A stretch of DNA of 21,221 bases from Promethearchaeota archaeon (GCA_048938005.1 JBHLMQ010000028.1:19188-40408), one strand, 5' to 3'. Counted from the first letter of the stretch, positions 1 through 9,378 are shown. Numbers and translations: made by a program. Notes: a model not told the origin generated them from the letters alone.

Positions 1-225
1 GCTTATATAAATTTGGATCAATTTGCTGCTTTTATATTCGGTGAGTTAGGCTATGGATGGATAATAGTTATCCTGATATTATTATTAGGAGCTTTAGGTG
101 GAGCTTTAGGTGGAGCTATAGGGAGCGGAACTATGATATTACTCAGACCTAAACTTAAACAGATTTCGCTAAAAATTTTTAAATCAAATAATTCTGCGGT
201 AAACGAAAAAAGTCTAAAACCATAA
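1..225 (+). CDS. Membrane protein, C-terminal fragment (5' partial)
   Basis: The frame is open from base 1 (gct tat ata aat ttg...) to TAA at 223-225. It has a hydrophobic helix followed by a glycine-zipper-like GALGGALGGAIG and a basic tail. Confidence 0.65.
   Translation, partial: AYINLDQFAAFIFGELGYGWIIVILILLLGALGGALGGAIGSGTMILLRPKLKQISLKIFKSNNSAVNEKSLKP
88..117 (+). repeat. 12-bp coding tandem repeat (ggagctttaggt x2.5)
   Basis: ggagctttaggt ggagctttaggt ggagct, encoding GALG-GALG-GA. Confidence 0.85.
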
Positions 226-257
226 GATTATTTTAATTTTACAAATTTTTTTATTAA

Positions 258-803
258 ATGAGTGAAGTAGAGATCAAAGGAAATCGGAGCAGAAGAGTAA
301 AACGTATTTTAGCATTAATAATTAGTGGTATTTTTGTTGTTATAATTTTGCCAGTTATATGCATTTTGGTTTCATTATATTTTGATTCATTATTTAATTT
401 ACCAGACATTATTCCATTTCCCATTAATGTTATAATAGGTATTATAATATTAGTAAATGGCCTATTTTGGGCGATTTGGTCAAATCTCGAATTATATGAA
501 AGAGGAAAAGGAAGTCCAGTTCCCTTAAAAGGAACTCAAACAACGGTAGTAGTTATCAGTGGACCTTATAAATATACAAGAAATCCTATGATTTTCGGAT
601 ATTCCCTTATGTGGGTAGGATTAGGATTTCTATTTAATTCTATTATTCTCTTGATTGGATTTGCGCTCATAATAACAATATTATTAATTATTATGGTTAA
701 AGTCTGGGAAGAAAAAAATTTGGAGAAGAGATTTGGTACCTCATACTTAGAATATAAAAGTAAGGTATCCTTTCTCATTCCCTTACCATCTAAGAAAACC
801 TGA
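258..803 (+). CDS. Isoprenylcysteine carboxyl methyltransferase / phospholipid methyltransferase (ICMT/PEMT) family membrane protein
   Basis: Several TM helices. Family motifs GKGSP, GPYKYTRNPM and EEKNLEKRFGTSYLEYKSKV. Confidence 0.85.
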   Translation: MSEVEIKGNRSRRVKRILALIISGIFVVIILPVICILVSLYFDSLFNLPDIIPFPINVIIGIIILVNGLFWAIWSNLELYERGKGSPVPLKGTQTTVVVISGPYKYTRNPMIFGYSLMWVGLGFLFNSIILLIGFALIITILLIIMVKVWEEKNLEKRFGTSYLEYKSKVSFLIPLPSKKT

Positions 804-933
804 ATTCATCAAGATTATATGTATTTATTAGGAATAATTTTCAATAGCAAAATTTGAAAAAAGAGAGTTTAATAATAAATTAATTTTTAAAATTTAGTTA
901 TTCTCCAATTGATAAAAGAAGTAAAAAAGTTGA

Positions 934-2271
934 TTATTTAATTTTATACTGGCTTTTTAAGAAATTGATTATATAATCTTTGACTTTTTCTCGGTCAGGT
1001 AAGCTGGCTACCATACCGTATATAGCAGCATCTCCATCTGTAGATTTACCGGGATTTTCTACGACTTCAGTCACAGTTTCTCTGAGATCTTTCAAGAATG
1101 TATCAACAATCTCAGCATGATGGGGATTAACCATCATGTGTAAGGCATTTGGAAATTGAATTCTGTCTAAATGCCAACCTTTCTTATCCATACGATCTCC
1201 TAATTGATATATGTCTATTTTATCAGATGTAAAAGAAAAGACACTCATTACCGGTTTTCCTATAATATATAAGTCGGGAATTTCATTAATACCATTAATC
1301 AACTTTTTTGATGCATCCATTACGATTTTCGCTAAATTTAAATATCCATTCATTCCTAAATGCCTCATAGCTGCCCATGCTGCTGCGATTGCTCCTCCTG
1401 GACGAGTTCCTCTCATAGAAGGGGAAATGTATACTCCACCCGTCCAATCTGTATATACCGAAAATTGATGTTTCCAAACCCTCTCTTTTCTATATAAGAT
1501 TGTAGATGCTCCTTTTGCACCATAACCATATTTATGAACATCTGCACTGATAGATGTCACACCGGGTACAGAAAAATCAAAATCTGGGACTTCATAGCCA
1601 AGTTTTTTGACAAAGGGTAACATAAACCCTCCCAGACATGCATCAACATGTAATCCAATACCATGATCTTGAGCGAGAATTCCCAATTCAGTAATGGGAT
1701 CGACAACTCCTCTTGGGAAATCACATGCTGAACCAACAATTAATATGGAATTTTCCGTAATAGCATTTTTCATTGCATTTACATCTGCTAAATGAGTTTC
1801 GGTATCAACAGGCACTTTAACTAATTTTACTTTAAAATATTCGGCAGCTTTATCAAACGAGGGATGGGCTGAACTAGGTACAACTACTTCTGGTTCTTTT
1901 ATGTTTGGAAACTTCTCTTCAGCCCAGTCTCTATAAGTTTTAACCGCCATAAGAAGGCTTTCAGTCCCTCCAGAAGTCATACTTCCACAGCATCTCTTAT
2001 CTCCATTAAAAAGGTCAATAGCCATTGAAATTACTTCTGTTTCAAACTTCCTCAAACTTGGAAAAGCCATCGGACTGAGAGCATTCTTAGAAAAATACAT
2101 TGTATATGCCTTTTTCAGCATTTCAGTATGTTCATCTGTAGCATGATATACCAAACTCCACACTTTACCATTTCTCCAGTTGATATCATCTTTACGTATA
2201 TATTCCATTTCTTTCAATAGATCTGCTTCTGAAATTCCATTTTCTGGTAAAATAACTTTAGGTCTAACCAT
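934..2271 (-). CDS. PLP-dependent group II decarboxylase-fold enzyme, sphingosine-1-phosphate lyase-like
   Basis: Motifs TSGGTES, AHPSFDKA, HVDACLGGF, SADVHKYGY (PLP lysine), GTRPGG and C-terminal AAIYGM. N-terminal LPENG...W.NGKV...VY is SPL-like. No N-terminal TM anchor. Confidence 0.85.
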   Translation of the reverse strand: MVRPKVILPENGISEADLLKEMEYIRKDDINWRNGKVWSLVYHATDEHTEMLKKAYTMYFSKNALSPMAFPSLRKFETEVISMAIDLFNGDKRCCGSMTSGGTESLLMAVKTYRDWAEEKFPNIKEPEVVVPSSAHPSFDKAAEYFKVKLVKVPVDTETHLADVNAMKNAITENSILIVGSACDFPRGVVDPITELGILAQDHGIGLHVDACLGGFMLPFVKKLGYEVPDFDFSVPGVTSISADVHKYGYGAKGASTILYRKERVWKHQFSVYTDWTGGVYISPSMRGTRPGGAIAAAWAAMRHLGMNGYLNLAKIVMDASKKLINGINEIPDLYIIGKPVMSVFSFTSDKIDIYQLGDRMDKKGWHLDRIQFPNALHMMVNPHHAEIVDTFLKDLRETVTEVVENPGKSTDGDAAIYGMVASLPDREKVKDYIINFLKSQYKIK

Positions 2272-2350
2272 TTAATTTTCACATATGTCTATATTTTTAT
2301 TAAATATGTTAAGTTAATTCTAAAATAATAATTATACTAGCATAGAAATT

Positions 2351-3505
2351 CTATATTTGTAGAGGATATTTCCCATACTCTAGGGTAGTTTCAATCATCC
2401 ATTTTAATCGTTCAACAGATATCTCAGGATGAAAATTAGCTGGAGACAACATATATCCACCTCCATAACCCATTGCTCTTATTGCTTCTTTTACTGCTTG
2501 AATGACTTCATTTTTCTGTGCTTTTACTAAAATATGTCTAGTATCAATGTTTCCTGACAAGCATAATTTATCCCCCACTTTCTTTTTAACTAAATAAGGA
2601 TCTACAAGTGGAGGTTCGAGGCATTGGAGTCCATCAAAGCGAGAATCAATAATGAAATCTAAAAGGCTTGTGATATCTCCATCTGAGTGCAAGATATATT
2701 TTCCCCCCCATTCATGAATAGCATCTGCTACTTCTTGATAACAAGGTAATAAATATTCATTAAAATATTTGGGATTTATCATAGGTCCTCCACTATGAGC
2801 AATATCTCCACCCTCGAGAAAAATTTTGGCTCCACAATCGGAGTATGCTTCAAATACGGTTAAAACGAAATCTGTGGTATATCTAAAACGTTCCTCTATT
2901 AATTTGGGATCATTTTTCAATGCCCTTACGAAATTTGTCATTCCCATTCCTTGCCAAACGGGGGGAAATACCGAAGTAAGGGCGTTTTGAGCAAAAATGC
3001 AAATTTCATCTTTAATATCACGGCACTTTCTTAAAACTCCCTTATAGAATTTTTTAGCTTTTCTATATTCTTCTTTTAAATCTGGTTTAGGGTATGCTTC
3101 CCAATCTTCTCTATTCTTAATATATCCACCATAATAATCAGGGTATGGATTTCCATCTATATTTCTTATTTTATGCCTCTTTCCAAATATATCTGTCATC
3201 TCAGTTTGGCTTTCGAGGACAAATGGGATATATTGAATACCAACACCATCAAAACCTAGTTCATAACCTGCTCGAACTGTTTTTGCAAAGACACCAATTT
3301 CGATATCATCAAGGATTTGATTAATCTTTGATACCCACTCTTTGGGGTATTTTTCTTCCATTTCATCAAAGATATCAAATGCTGTTTTCTCTGGTTTTCC
3401 TAATATCTTGTCAGCAACATTTCCATCAATATTTATTGTATGAGTTGGAATTCTATCTGGTTCTTCAAGATTCAATGCGGACCAAATTCGATTAAAACTA
3501 TTCAT
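2351..3505 (-). CDS. Uroporphyrinogen decarboxylase (URO-D)/MtaA-CmuA superfamily protein
   Basis: N-terminal EEPDRIP. Also GGDIAHSGGPMINP, ILHSDG, CLSGNID and GGGYMLSP, typical of the URO-D-like TIM barrel. Confidence 0.8.
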   Translation of the reverse strand: MNSFNRIWSALNLEEPDRIPTHTINIDGNVADKILGKPEKTAFDIFDEMEEKYPKEWVSKINQILDDIEIGVFAKTVRAGYELGFDGVGIQYIPFVLESQTEMTDIFGKRHKIRNIDGNPYPDYYGGYIKNREDWEAYPKPDLKEEYRKAKKFYKGVLRKCRDIKDEICIFAQNALTSVFPPVWQGMGMTNFVRALKNDPKLIEERFRYTTDFVLTVFEAYSDCGAKIFLEGGDIAHSGGPMINPKYFNEYLLPCYQEVADAIHEWGGKYILHSDGDITSLLDFIIDSRFDGLQCLEPPLVDPYLVKKKVGDKLCLSGNIDTRHILVKAQKNEVIQAVKEAIRAMGYGGGYMLSPANFHPEISVERLKWMIETTLEYGKYPLQI

Positions 3506-3609
3506 ATGAATAATTTCGATAATGGACTATTTAATTATTTTATTATGAGAATAAAAATTCAGAAATTTAATATATTCATGAACTATTTTTAAATAAGGGT
3601 GATTCTCTT

Positions 3610-4566
3610 TTGCGAGTTAAACATGTTAATTTTCTTCTTACATTTAAATGTCCCGCGAAATGTCAGCATTGTAGTTATAAGGCGGGACCGAATCGAACTG
3701 GATACATTAAACCAAAAGAAGCTTCCCAATATTTAAAAGAATTGACAGAGATACAGCCAATAGAATCTGTTTGGATTCATGGAGGCGAGCCCTTTCTTTA
3801 TTTTGATTGTTTAGAGCATATAATAAAAGAAGCTAAAAAGTTAGATATTACTCGTAGAGGTGTTATTACTAACAGCTTCTGGGCAAAAAATGAGAAAATA
3901 GCATATAAAAAACTAGCAAAATTAAAAAAAGTTGGATTAACTGTATTGACCTTCAGTTCTGATTTTTTTCATCAAGAATTTATTCCCTTAGAATATGTTA
4001 GAAATGCCCTTAAAGCAGCAGTAGCTATTGGATTTGATAATATATATGTAGACTGTTATTTTGTAAATGATATTACTGCGGACAATTATTTTAATCAGAT
4101 ATCAAAAAGTAATTTAGAAATATTAAGTGATATCGAAGATATTGAAGTTCACAGATTTCTTATGAGTGTAGAAGGACGAGCGACAGATTTAACAGAATTT
4201 ATAAATCTAAGGGTAGAGTTACCATCAGGAAAATGTCCTGTACCATTTTGGATAGAAGGGGATCTCCAAAATCCAGAAACTATTGAAATCGATTGCGAAG
4301 GTAATGTTACACTTTGTCCCGGAATCTGTATGGGGAATACAAACATTCAATCATTAACTAAAATTATTCAAGATTATGATGTTAGTAAACACTCTATTTT
4401 ATCAATTATTCTAAATCAAGGTCCCATTGGATTACTAAATATTGCAAAAAATCACGGATTTCAAGAAAATCAACAATTTGCTAATGAATGTCATCTATGT
4501 TATGAATTAAGGAAATCTATGCAAGAAATTTATCCATATTCATTGGCTCCAAAAGAGTGTTATTAA
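3610..4566 (+). CDS. Radical SAM protein with Cys-containing C-terminal (SPASM/twitch-like) extension
   Basis: CPAKCQHC (CxxxCxxC), GGEPF, ITNSFWA and S.DFFH. C-terminal IDCEGNVTLCPG and ECHLC. TTG start. Confidence 0.88.
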   Translation: MRVKHVNFLLTFKCPAKCQHCSYKAGPNRTGYIKPKEASQYLKELTEIQPIESVWIHGGEPFLYFDCLEHIIKEAKKLDITRRGVITNSFWAKNEKIAYKKLAKLKKVGLTVLTFSSDFFHQEFIPLEYVRNALKAAVAIGFDNIYVDCYFVNDITADNYFNQISKSNLEILSDIEDIEVHRFLMSVEGRATDLTEFINLRVELPSGKCPVPFWIEGDLQNPETIEIDCEGNVTLCPGICMGNTNIQSLTKIIQDYDVSKHSILSIILNQGPIGLLNIAKNHGFQENQQFANECHLCYELRKSMQEIYPYSLAPKECY

Positions 4567-4603
4567 ATGAATTAAACTTCAGTAGTTTATAAACCGAAAT
4601 TTT

Positions 4604-5137
4604 TTACATATTCAATCTTATTTTGATAATATCAAATATTATTATTCCGAGTGTCGCAAGAATTACTTCAGAAACTAAAACTTGAATAAGACTCAGCCAG
4701 AATGGAAGACCAAAAGCTATATTTAGAACAATCGCAACATAGAGTGAAATAATATAAGCATAGATTACACCACCTAAATACTTTAATATTTTTCTATCTC
4801 TTAATACCACAATACAGTAAAGTGCCGGAACATTCACAATACAACTAATTAAATCAATTGGTCCTAATGGTGATGTTAAATTAACAAAAAAAACACCAAT
4901 TACTTTTCCAGATAAACCTTCAAAAGGAAATATGATACACATTCCTACAATTAATTCAGCTACACGAAATTGTAAACCGAGGAAACTTATGGGCTGGAAA
5001 AGATATCCCAAAGTAATGTAAAGGGCAGCAGTAATAGCAGTAAGAGCCACTTTAATGCTGATGTTTCTTTCTTCTAAAAGCTTTGTTTTAAAACCTTCAG
5101 TTTCATTATTCAATTTTTCTTCTGTTTCTGGCTCCAT
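4604..5137 (-). CDS. queT: QueT-family transporter (putative 7-deazaguanine precursor ECF S-component)
   Basis: About 5 TM helices. N-terminal signature TAITAALYITL...PISFLGLQFRVAE, plus SPLGPID and SEVI near the C-terminus. Confidence 0.72.
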   Translation of the reverse strand: MEPETEEKLNNETEGFKTKLLEERNISIKVALTAITAALYITLGYLFQPISFLGLQFRVAELIVGMCIIFPFEGLSGKVIGVFFVNLTSPLGPIDLISCIVNVPALYCIVVLRDRKILKYLGGVIYAYIISLYVAIVLNIAFGLPFWLSLIQVLVSEVILATLGIIIFDIIKIRLNM

Positions 5138-5209
5138 TTTACTGCCTTGAAAGACTAAAATATAATTTTTGTGAATAATCTAGATATATCCAAAAATCTT
5201 TAGTTTTTA

Positions 5210-6586
5210 TTATTTCAAATGTTTTTGAAGGTTTAAAATCTTTTTTTCTAGTTTTTTAATTCTAGATTCATTCCCATTTAAATCTTGAAAGTCTCTTAGA
5301 ACATTTAATGCTTGTTTATAATAATTAATGGCATTGATGTAATCTTTTCGTTTCTCGGCTTTTTCTCCTGCTTTTGAGGCATATTCTAGCTCCAGTTCCT
5401 TAATTTTCTTATCTAGTTCTAAAACCATAAATGAGATTCTACCAATATCTTCTTTTAAATCAAAACCAGTGGCTAAATAAAGAGCTTTCTCATACTCTTG
5501 TTGTGCTTCCTTATAAATTAAAGCTTTTTCAGCAGTTTCAGCTTTTTTAATAAATGAATTGATGGCCTTTCTAACTTCCTCTTCGTTCATAAATTTAGCT
5601 CTTGCTTTTAATTCATTTATTGCATCATCATTGGCTATAATTGTAGATATTAGTTCATTATTCGCAATTCTTATCGCTTGCGATTCTTGAAATTGTAAAA
5701 TGGTGGTTTCAGCAGTTTCAATCGTAGTTGGAAGGATTATATTTTTTTCTAAAAGTTGATAAATTTCATAGAGAAGAGTATTTGCATCAATATTAACAAT
5801 TTTTTGAACTTTATCGAGTAGATTAATGATAAAAAAAAAGGGTTTTGAAATTAAAAGTTCTTTAGCAAAATCAATTATGGCTTTTTGTATAGGATTCTTT
5901 TTGATTAATTCCAATGTATCTGGTAAAAATGTGTGGGTTAGAACCATGGGGAAGACTAATTTAACATTAAAAGTATCAACTATGAAATCTAGTGTATCAC
6001 CAAAATGCATCATTCCTTTTCTTAAATGTTCGCTAATTTTATCACGATATCTACTTTCATAGTCATTTAAAAAATCAGTAACAAGAGCTTTCAGACTATC
6101 GGAAGCTTTATGATCTAAGACTAAGCAGGTGTTAATAAATTCCCCACTTTTAAGTAAAATATTGAAATTTTCATAGTGAAATTCATAAAAGTGATGATTT
6201 TTTCCATTAGCTGCATTTCCATTTGATGCAGTACTCGATACTGAAAAGGATATATTTGCTTGAATGAATCCCGTTAATAATTGCGTATTGACCCCCGCCC
6301 CAGAAATTGGATAATCTATTATTGCTAACCCAGACTCTTTAGCCATTAATAAAATGTGTTTTATGTTCAAAACATCTAAAAATTTCTGCCATATTAAATC
6401 TTGGAACATTTGAATACGTTTCTCTTCAGAATCAATAATCGTGAATTTTAAATTTTGATTAAGGTTTAAACCAAATTTTTCAAGTTGAGCTTTAACACAC
6501 TCTTTACAGAAATCTGGATATTTTTCACAATTATTTTTATCTAATCCACAATCAAATCCCACTGGACTAATCTGAAAATATACCAT
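5210..6586 (-). CDS. Multidomain protein: Cys4 N-terminus, longin/roadblock-like domain, helical TPR/MIT-like C-terminus
   Basis: C13/C20/C27/C30. The segment IKHILLMAKESGLAI...LLTGFIQANISFS...EFHYENFNILLKSGEFINTCLVL has the longin-like strand/helix pattern. Two helical repeats: AEKALIYKEAQQEYEKA and AEKRKDYINAINYYKQA. Confidence 0.6.
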   Translation of the reverse strand: MVYFQISPVGFDCGLDKNNCEKYPDFCKECVKAQLEKFGLNLNQNLKFTIIDSEEKRIQMFQDLIWQKFLDVLNIKHILLMAKESGLAIIDYPISGAGVNTQLLTGFIQANISFSVSSTASNGNAANGKNHHFYEFHYENFNILLKSGEFINTCLVLDHKASDSLKALVTDFLNDYESRYRDKISEHLRKGMMHFGDTLDFIVDTFNVKLVFPMVLTHTFLPDTLELIKKNPIQKAIIDFAKELLISKPFFFIINLLDKVQKIVNIDANTLLYEIYQLLEKNIILPTTIETAETTILQFQESQAIRIANNELISTIIANDDAINELKARAKFMNEEEVRKAINSFIKKAETAEKALIYKEAQQEYEKALYLATGFDLKEDIGRISFMVLELDKKIKELELEYASKAGEKAEKRKDYINAINYYKQALNVLRDFQDLNGNESRIKKLEKKILNLQKHLK

Positions 6587-6742
6587 TTAAATCGAATATC
6601 TTTTAATATTTACTTTTTAATTAATATGAATCTTAAAGAACATTATTATTAACACATTCTTATCTAAGTTCCCAGCAAACAATTAATAAATTCAAGACTT
6701 ATATACCTTTTAAAAACTCTTAGATTATGTGATATTATAACG

Positions 6743-6756
6743 AAAATTCGAATTTT
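6743..6756. promoter_or_regulatory. Perfect 14-bp palindrome AAAATTCGAATTTT (copy 1), possible regulator site
   Basis: Intergenic, upstream of the longin-like gene. An identical copy lies at 20448-20461. Confidence 0.3.
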
Positions 6757-6808
6757 AAAAAAAATTTAATTTGGAAGAATACGTATTAATTAAATAAGAA
6801 GCAAAATA

Positions 6809-7285
6809 TTAAGCACGTTTTATATCTTGGATAAAAGAATTGATCTTATCAATATGTATGTCATTCTTTATATCTTTTTTGGTAATCTCTAAGGTAGATA
6901 ATGGTTCTTTCTCACATAATTTAGACATACTTTTAAATGCTTTAGGACCACCACTTCCACCTTCAGTACAGAAAAATGCGACATTCTTAAATTTACTTAG
7001 ATTATTAGTAATGTATGTTCTTATAGCAGGCGTCATTCTACTATTCCATATCGGAGTTCCTAATAGTATTAAATCAAATAATTCAGAATTTTTTTTGCAT
7101 TCTTTGATTGTTGTAAGTTTTTCTCTTGTTGCAGCGTATCCACATTTAAGGAACCCGATAATAAACCCAGTTCGCTTCTTAGTGTCAATAATTTCTTCAT
7201 ATTCACAATTTAGACTGCTGGAAATTAATTCAGCAATTTCCTTAGTTCTACCTTTCCTTGAATAAAACACAAGTAATGAATTCAT
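6809..7285 (-). CDS. Flavodoxin-family protein (158 aa)
   Basis: FMN loop VFYSRKGRTKEIA, plus LGTPIWN and AFFCTEGGSG. Start reassigned to ATG at 7285 because the longer ORF overlaps the GDT1 gene. Confidence 0.85.
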   Translation of the reverse strand: MNSLLVFYSRKGRTKEIAELISSSLNCEYEEIIDTKKRTGFIIGFLKCGYAATREKLTTIKECKKNSELFDLILLGTPIWNSRMTPAIRTYITNNLSKFKNVAFFCTEGGSGGPKAFKSMSKLCEKEPLSTLEITKKDIKNDIHIDKINSFIQDIKRA

Positions 7286-7314
7286 GGCTAGCAACCTTGT
7301 TATATTTTGATAAT

Positions 7315-7947
7315 CTAGAACGATGTTATTAAAATAAATATTCCAACTAAAATAAATATAGAGGTCGAAATTAACTTTAGATAAAATTTTGACACTTTTC
7401 GTGCAATAAAAGCACCAAAAAGGATTCCGATCCATGCTACCGAGATTAAAGCTAAAAATGCTCCCAACCAGACTTCAAGTGGAAAGTTGTAAATTGATGC
7501 AAGAGTAATTGTTAAAATTTGGGTCTTATCTCCTAATTCCATGAGAAATATAAATATAAATCCCGCTAGATATGGATTTTTTTTTAACTTATGAAATTTT
7601 TTAGATATTTCTGTTGAGTCTTCTAGATTATTATCTATTTCATAATTTTTATTCTCTTTTCTCTCTAAATAAAGTTTTTTAAGATTTCGTGCTTCTATAA
7701 CTCCAATTATAATGAAAATAATTCCAGAGGCTATTGAAATTATAAAAAGTGGAATAAATTGAGTGATAATTGCTCCAAAAAAAACACCAATGGTTACTAA
7801 AAAGGCGAATCCAATAGTGACTCCTATACCAACTTTATAAAACTTCTTGTATTCTAAAGCGAGATTGAACACAATCAATTGAGTTTTATCGCCTAATTCA
7901 CCAACAAATAATATCCCATAAGTTATAAATAGAGTTGCAATATCCAC
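7315..7947 (-). CDS. GDT1/TMEM165 (UPF0016) family Mn2+/Ca2+ transporter
   Basis: Two copies of the family motif ELGDKTQ in two hydrophobic halves, separated by a charged loop. GTG start. Confidence 0.92.
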   Translation of the reverse strand: MDIATLFITYGILFVGELGDKTQLIVFNLALEYKKFYKVGIGVTIGFAFLVTIGVFFGAIITQFIPLFIISIASGIIFIIIGVIEARNLKKLYLERKENKNYEIDNNLEDSTEISKKFHKLKKNPYLAGFIFIFLMELGDKTQILTITLASIYNFPLEVWLGAFLALISVAWIGILFGAFIARKVSKFYLKLISTSIFILVGIFILITSF

Positions 7948-8088
7948 ATATTTTTAAATTAAAAATATCTAAAATTTTTTTCTAAATTCTCATTATTTTT
8001 AGGATCTGAGGAAGTAAGGACTATCACAATTAACATCTTTTAAATTTCTCCTTTTAAAAAAAAAGATATTAAAGGATTTTAATGATTT

Positions 8089-9378
8089 TTAAAACATTTT
8101 ATTAAAATCTTCTTTTAATTGGTCACGGAAGTTTGGATGAGCAATTCTAATTAATTCTTTAGCTCTTTGACGAACAGTCTTTCCTCGTAAATCCGCTATT
8201 CCATACTCAGTAACTACATAATGAACATCAAAACGAGAGGTTGTTACACACGCGCCTTCGTTTAGTCTAGAAACTATTCGAGAGATAGTCTTTTTTTTAT
8301 TAGTGGATGGAAAGGCAATTATAGATTTTCCACCAGGTGATAAACTTGATGCTCTAACAAAATCTACTTGGCCTCCAACTCCAGAATATTGTTGATAACC
8401 TAGAGTATCTGCGCATACTTGCCCGAATAAATCGACTTGCATTGCAGAATTAATCGAGACTAGATTATTAATTTTTCCTGCAATTGTAACATTATTAGTA
8501 TAATCAACAGGCTGCATGTCAACATTCGGATTATCATCAACGAAATCATAAAGGCGTCTTGTGCCCATTAAGAAAGTTGCTGTAAATTTTCTGGGATTAA
8601 GATTATTATACTTATTTGTTATCACTCCTTTTTCATAAAGATCAACAACTCCGTCAGAAAACATTTCTGAATGAATTCCTAGATCTTTTTTATCAGTTAA
8701 AAAATGTAATACTGCATCTGGGATAGCTCCTATTCCTAACTGAAGATTAGCGTTATCTGGAACTAATGAAGCAATATATTTCCCTATTTTTTCTTCTAAT
8801 TCTGTAATCTGAGGAAGGGGGATTTCTAATAATTTTCTATTAGTTTCTACCACATAATCAATCTGAGATATATGAATATGAGAACCTCTTGTTCGGGGCA
8901 TTTGTTTATTAACTTCAGCAATTACAATCTTAGCAGTTTCTGCGGCAGCCATGGTGTAATCAATTGAAATTCCATAACTTAAATAGCCATTATCATCTGG
9001 TGGAGAGAGTTGAATAAGTGCAACATCAACAGGAAGGATATAATCTTTAAAAAGGCGTGGAATTTCAGAAAAGAAAACTGGTGTATAATCAGCTCGCCCT
9101 TCACTTATTGATTTTCGAGTTCCAGCACCTGCAAATAATGAATTATGGCGAAAATGCTTTTCCATTTCCGGTAAACAATACTTACATTCCCTTAATGGAA
9201 CCATGTGAACAATTTCAACATTTTGGAGCCGATCTTTCTGGTTAACCAATTCATCCACTAACATAATTGGGTCCCCAGCTGCATGTCCAATTACTACTCG
9301 ATTCCCAGACTTGATGTGTTGAATTGCATTTTCAATTGAGGTAACCTTCTTTTTATACTCTTCTTCCCAATCTTTCAT
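8089..9378 (-). CDS. 4-hydroxybutyrate CoA-transferase / acetyl-CoA hydrolase-transferase family
   Basis: LQLGIGAIPDAV, LGIHSEMFSDG (catalytic Glu), GVGGQVDF, VVTEYGIADLRGK and IAHPNFR. Confidence 0.92.
   Translation of the reverse strand: MKDWEEEYKKKVTSIENAIQHIKSGNRVVIGHAAGDPIMLVDELVNQKDRLQNVEIVHMVPLRECKYCLPEMEKHFRHNSLFAGAGTRKSISEGRADYTPVFFSEIPRLFKDYILPVDVALIQLSPPDDNGYLSYGISIDYTMAAAETAKIVIAEVNKQMPRTRGSHIHISQIDYVVETNRKLLEIPLPQITELEEKIGKYIASLVPDNANLQLGIGAIPDAVLHFLTDKKDLGIHSEMFSDGVVDLYEKGVITNKYNNLNPRKFTATFLMGTRRLYDFVDDNPNVDMQPVDYTNNVTIAGKINNLVSINSAMQVDLFGQVCADTLGYQQYSGVGGQVDFVRASSLSPGGKSIIAFPSTNKKKTISRIVSRLNEGACVTTSRFDVHYVVTEYGIADLRGKTVRQRAKELIRIAHPNFRDQLKEDFNKMF

Noticed and set aside
88-117. 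12-bp tandem repeat as a CRISPR remnant or contingency locus
   Set aside because: It is in frame, has only 2.5 units, has no spacers, and is explained by a glycine-zipper helix.
258-803. ICMT-family gene as a prenyl-modification partner of the Rab-like GTPase
   Set aside because: The GTPase has no C-terminal cysteine motif, lies 19 kb away, and ICMT/PEMT homologues are common in prokaryotes.
3610-5137. Radical SAM + QueT as a 7-deazaguanine pathway pair
   Set aside because: The genes are convergent, and the radical SAM does not look like QueE or a recognisable archaeosine enzyme.
5138-5209. preQ1 riboswitch upstream of queT
   Set aside because: No GGTTC-type hairpin with an A-rich tail is visible on the minus strand. 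A covariance search would settle it.
7286-7435. 50-aa N-terminal extension of the flavodoxin
   Set aside because: It overlaps the 3' end of the GDT1 gene, and the flavodoxin fold starts at Met 7285.
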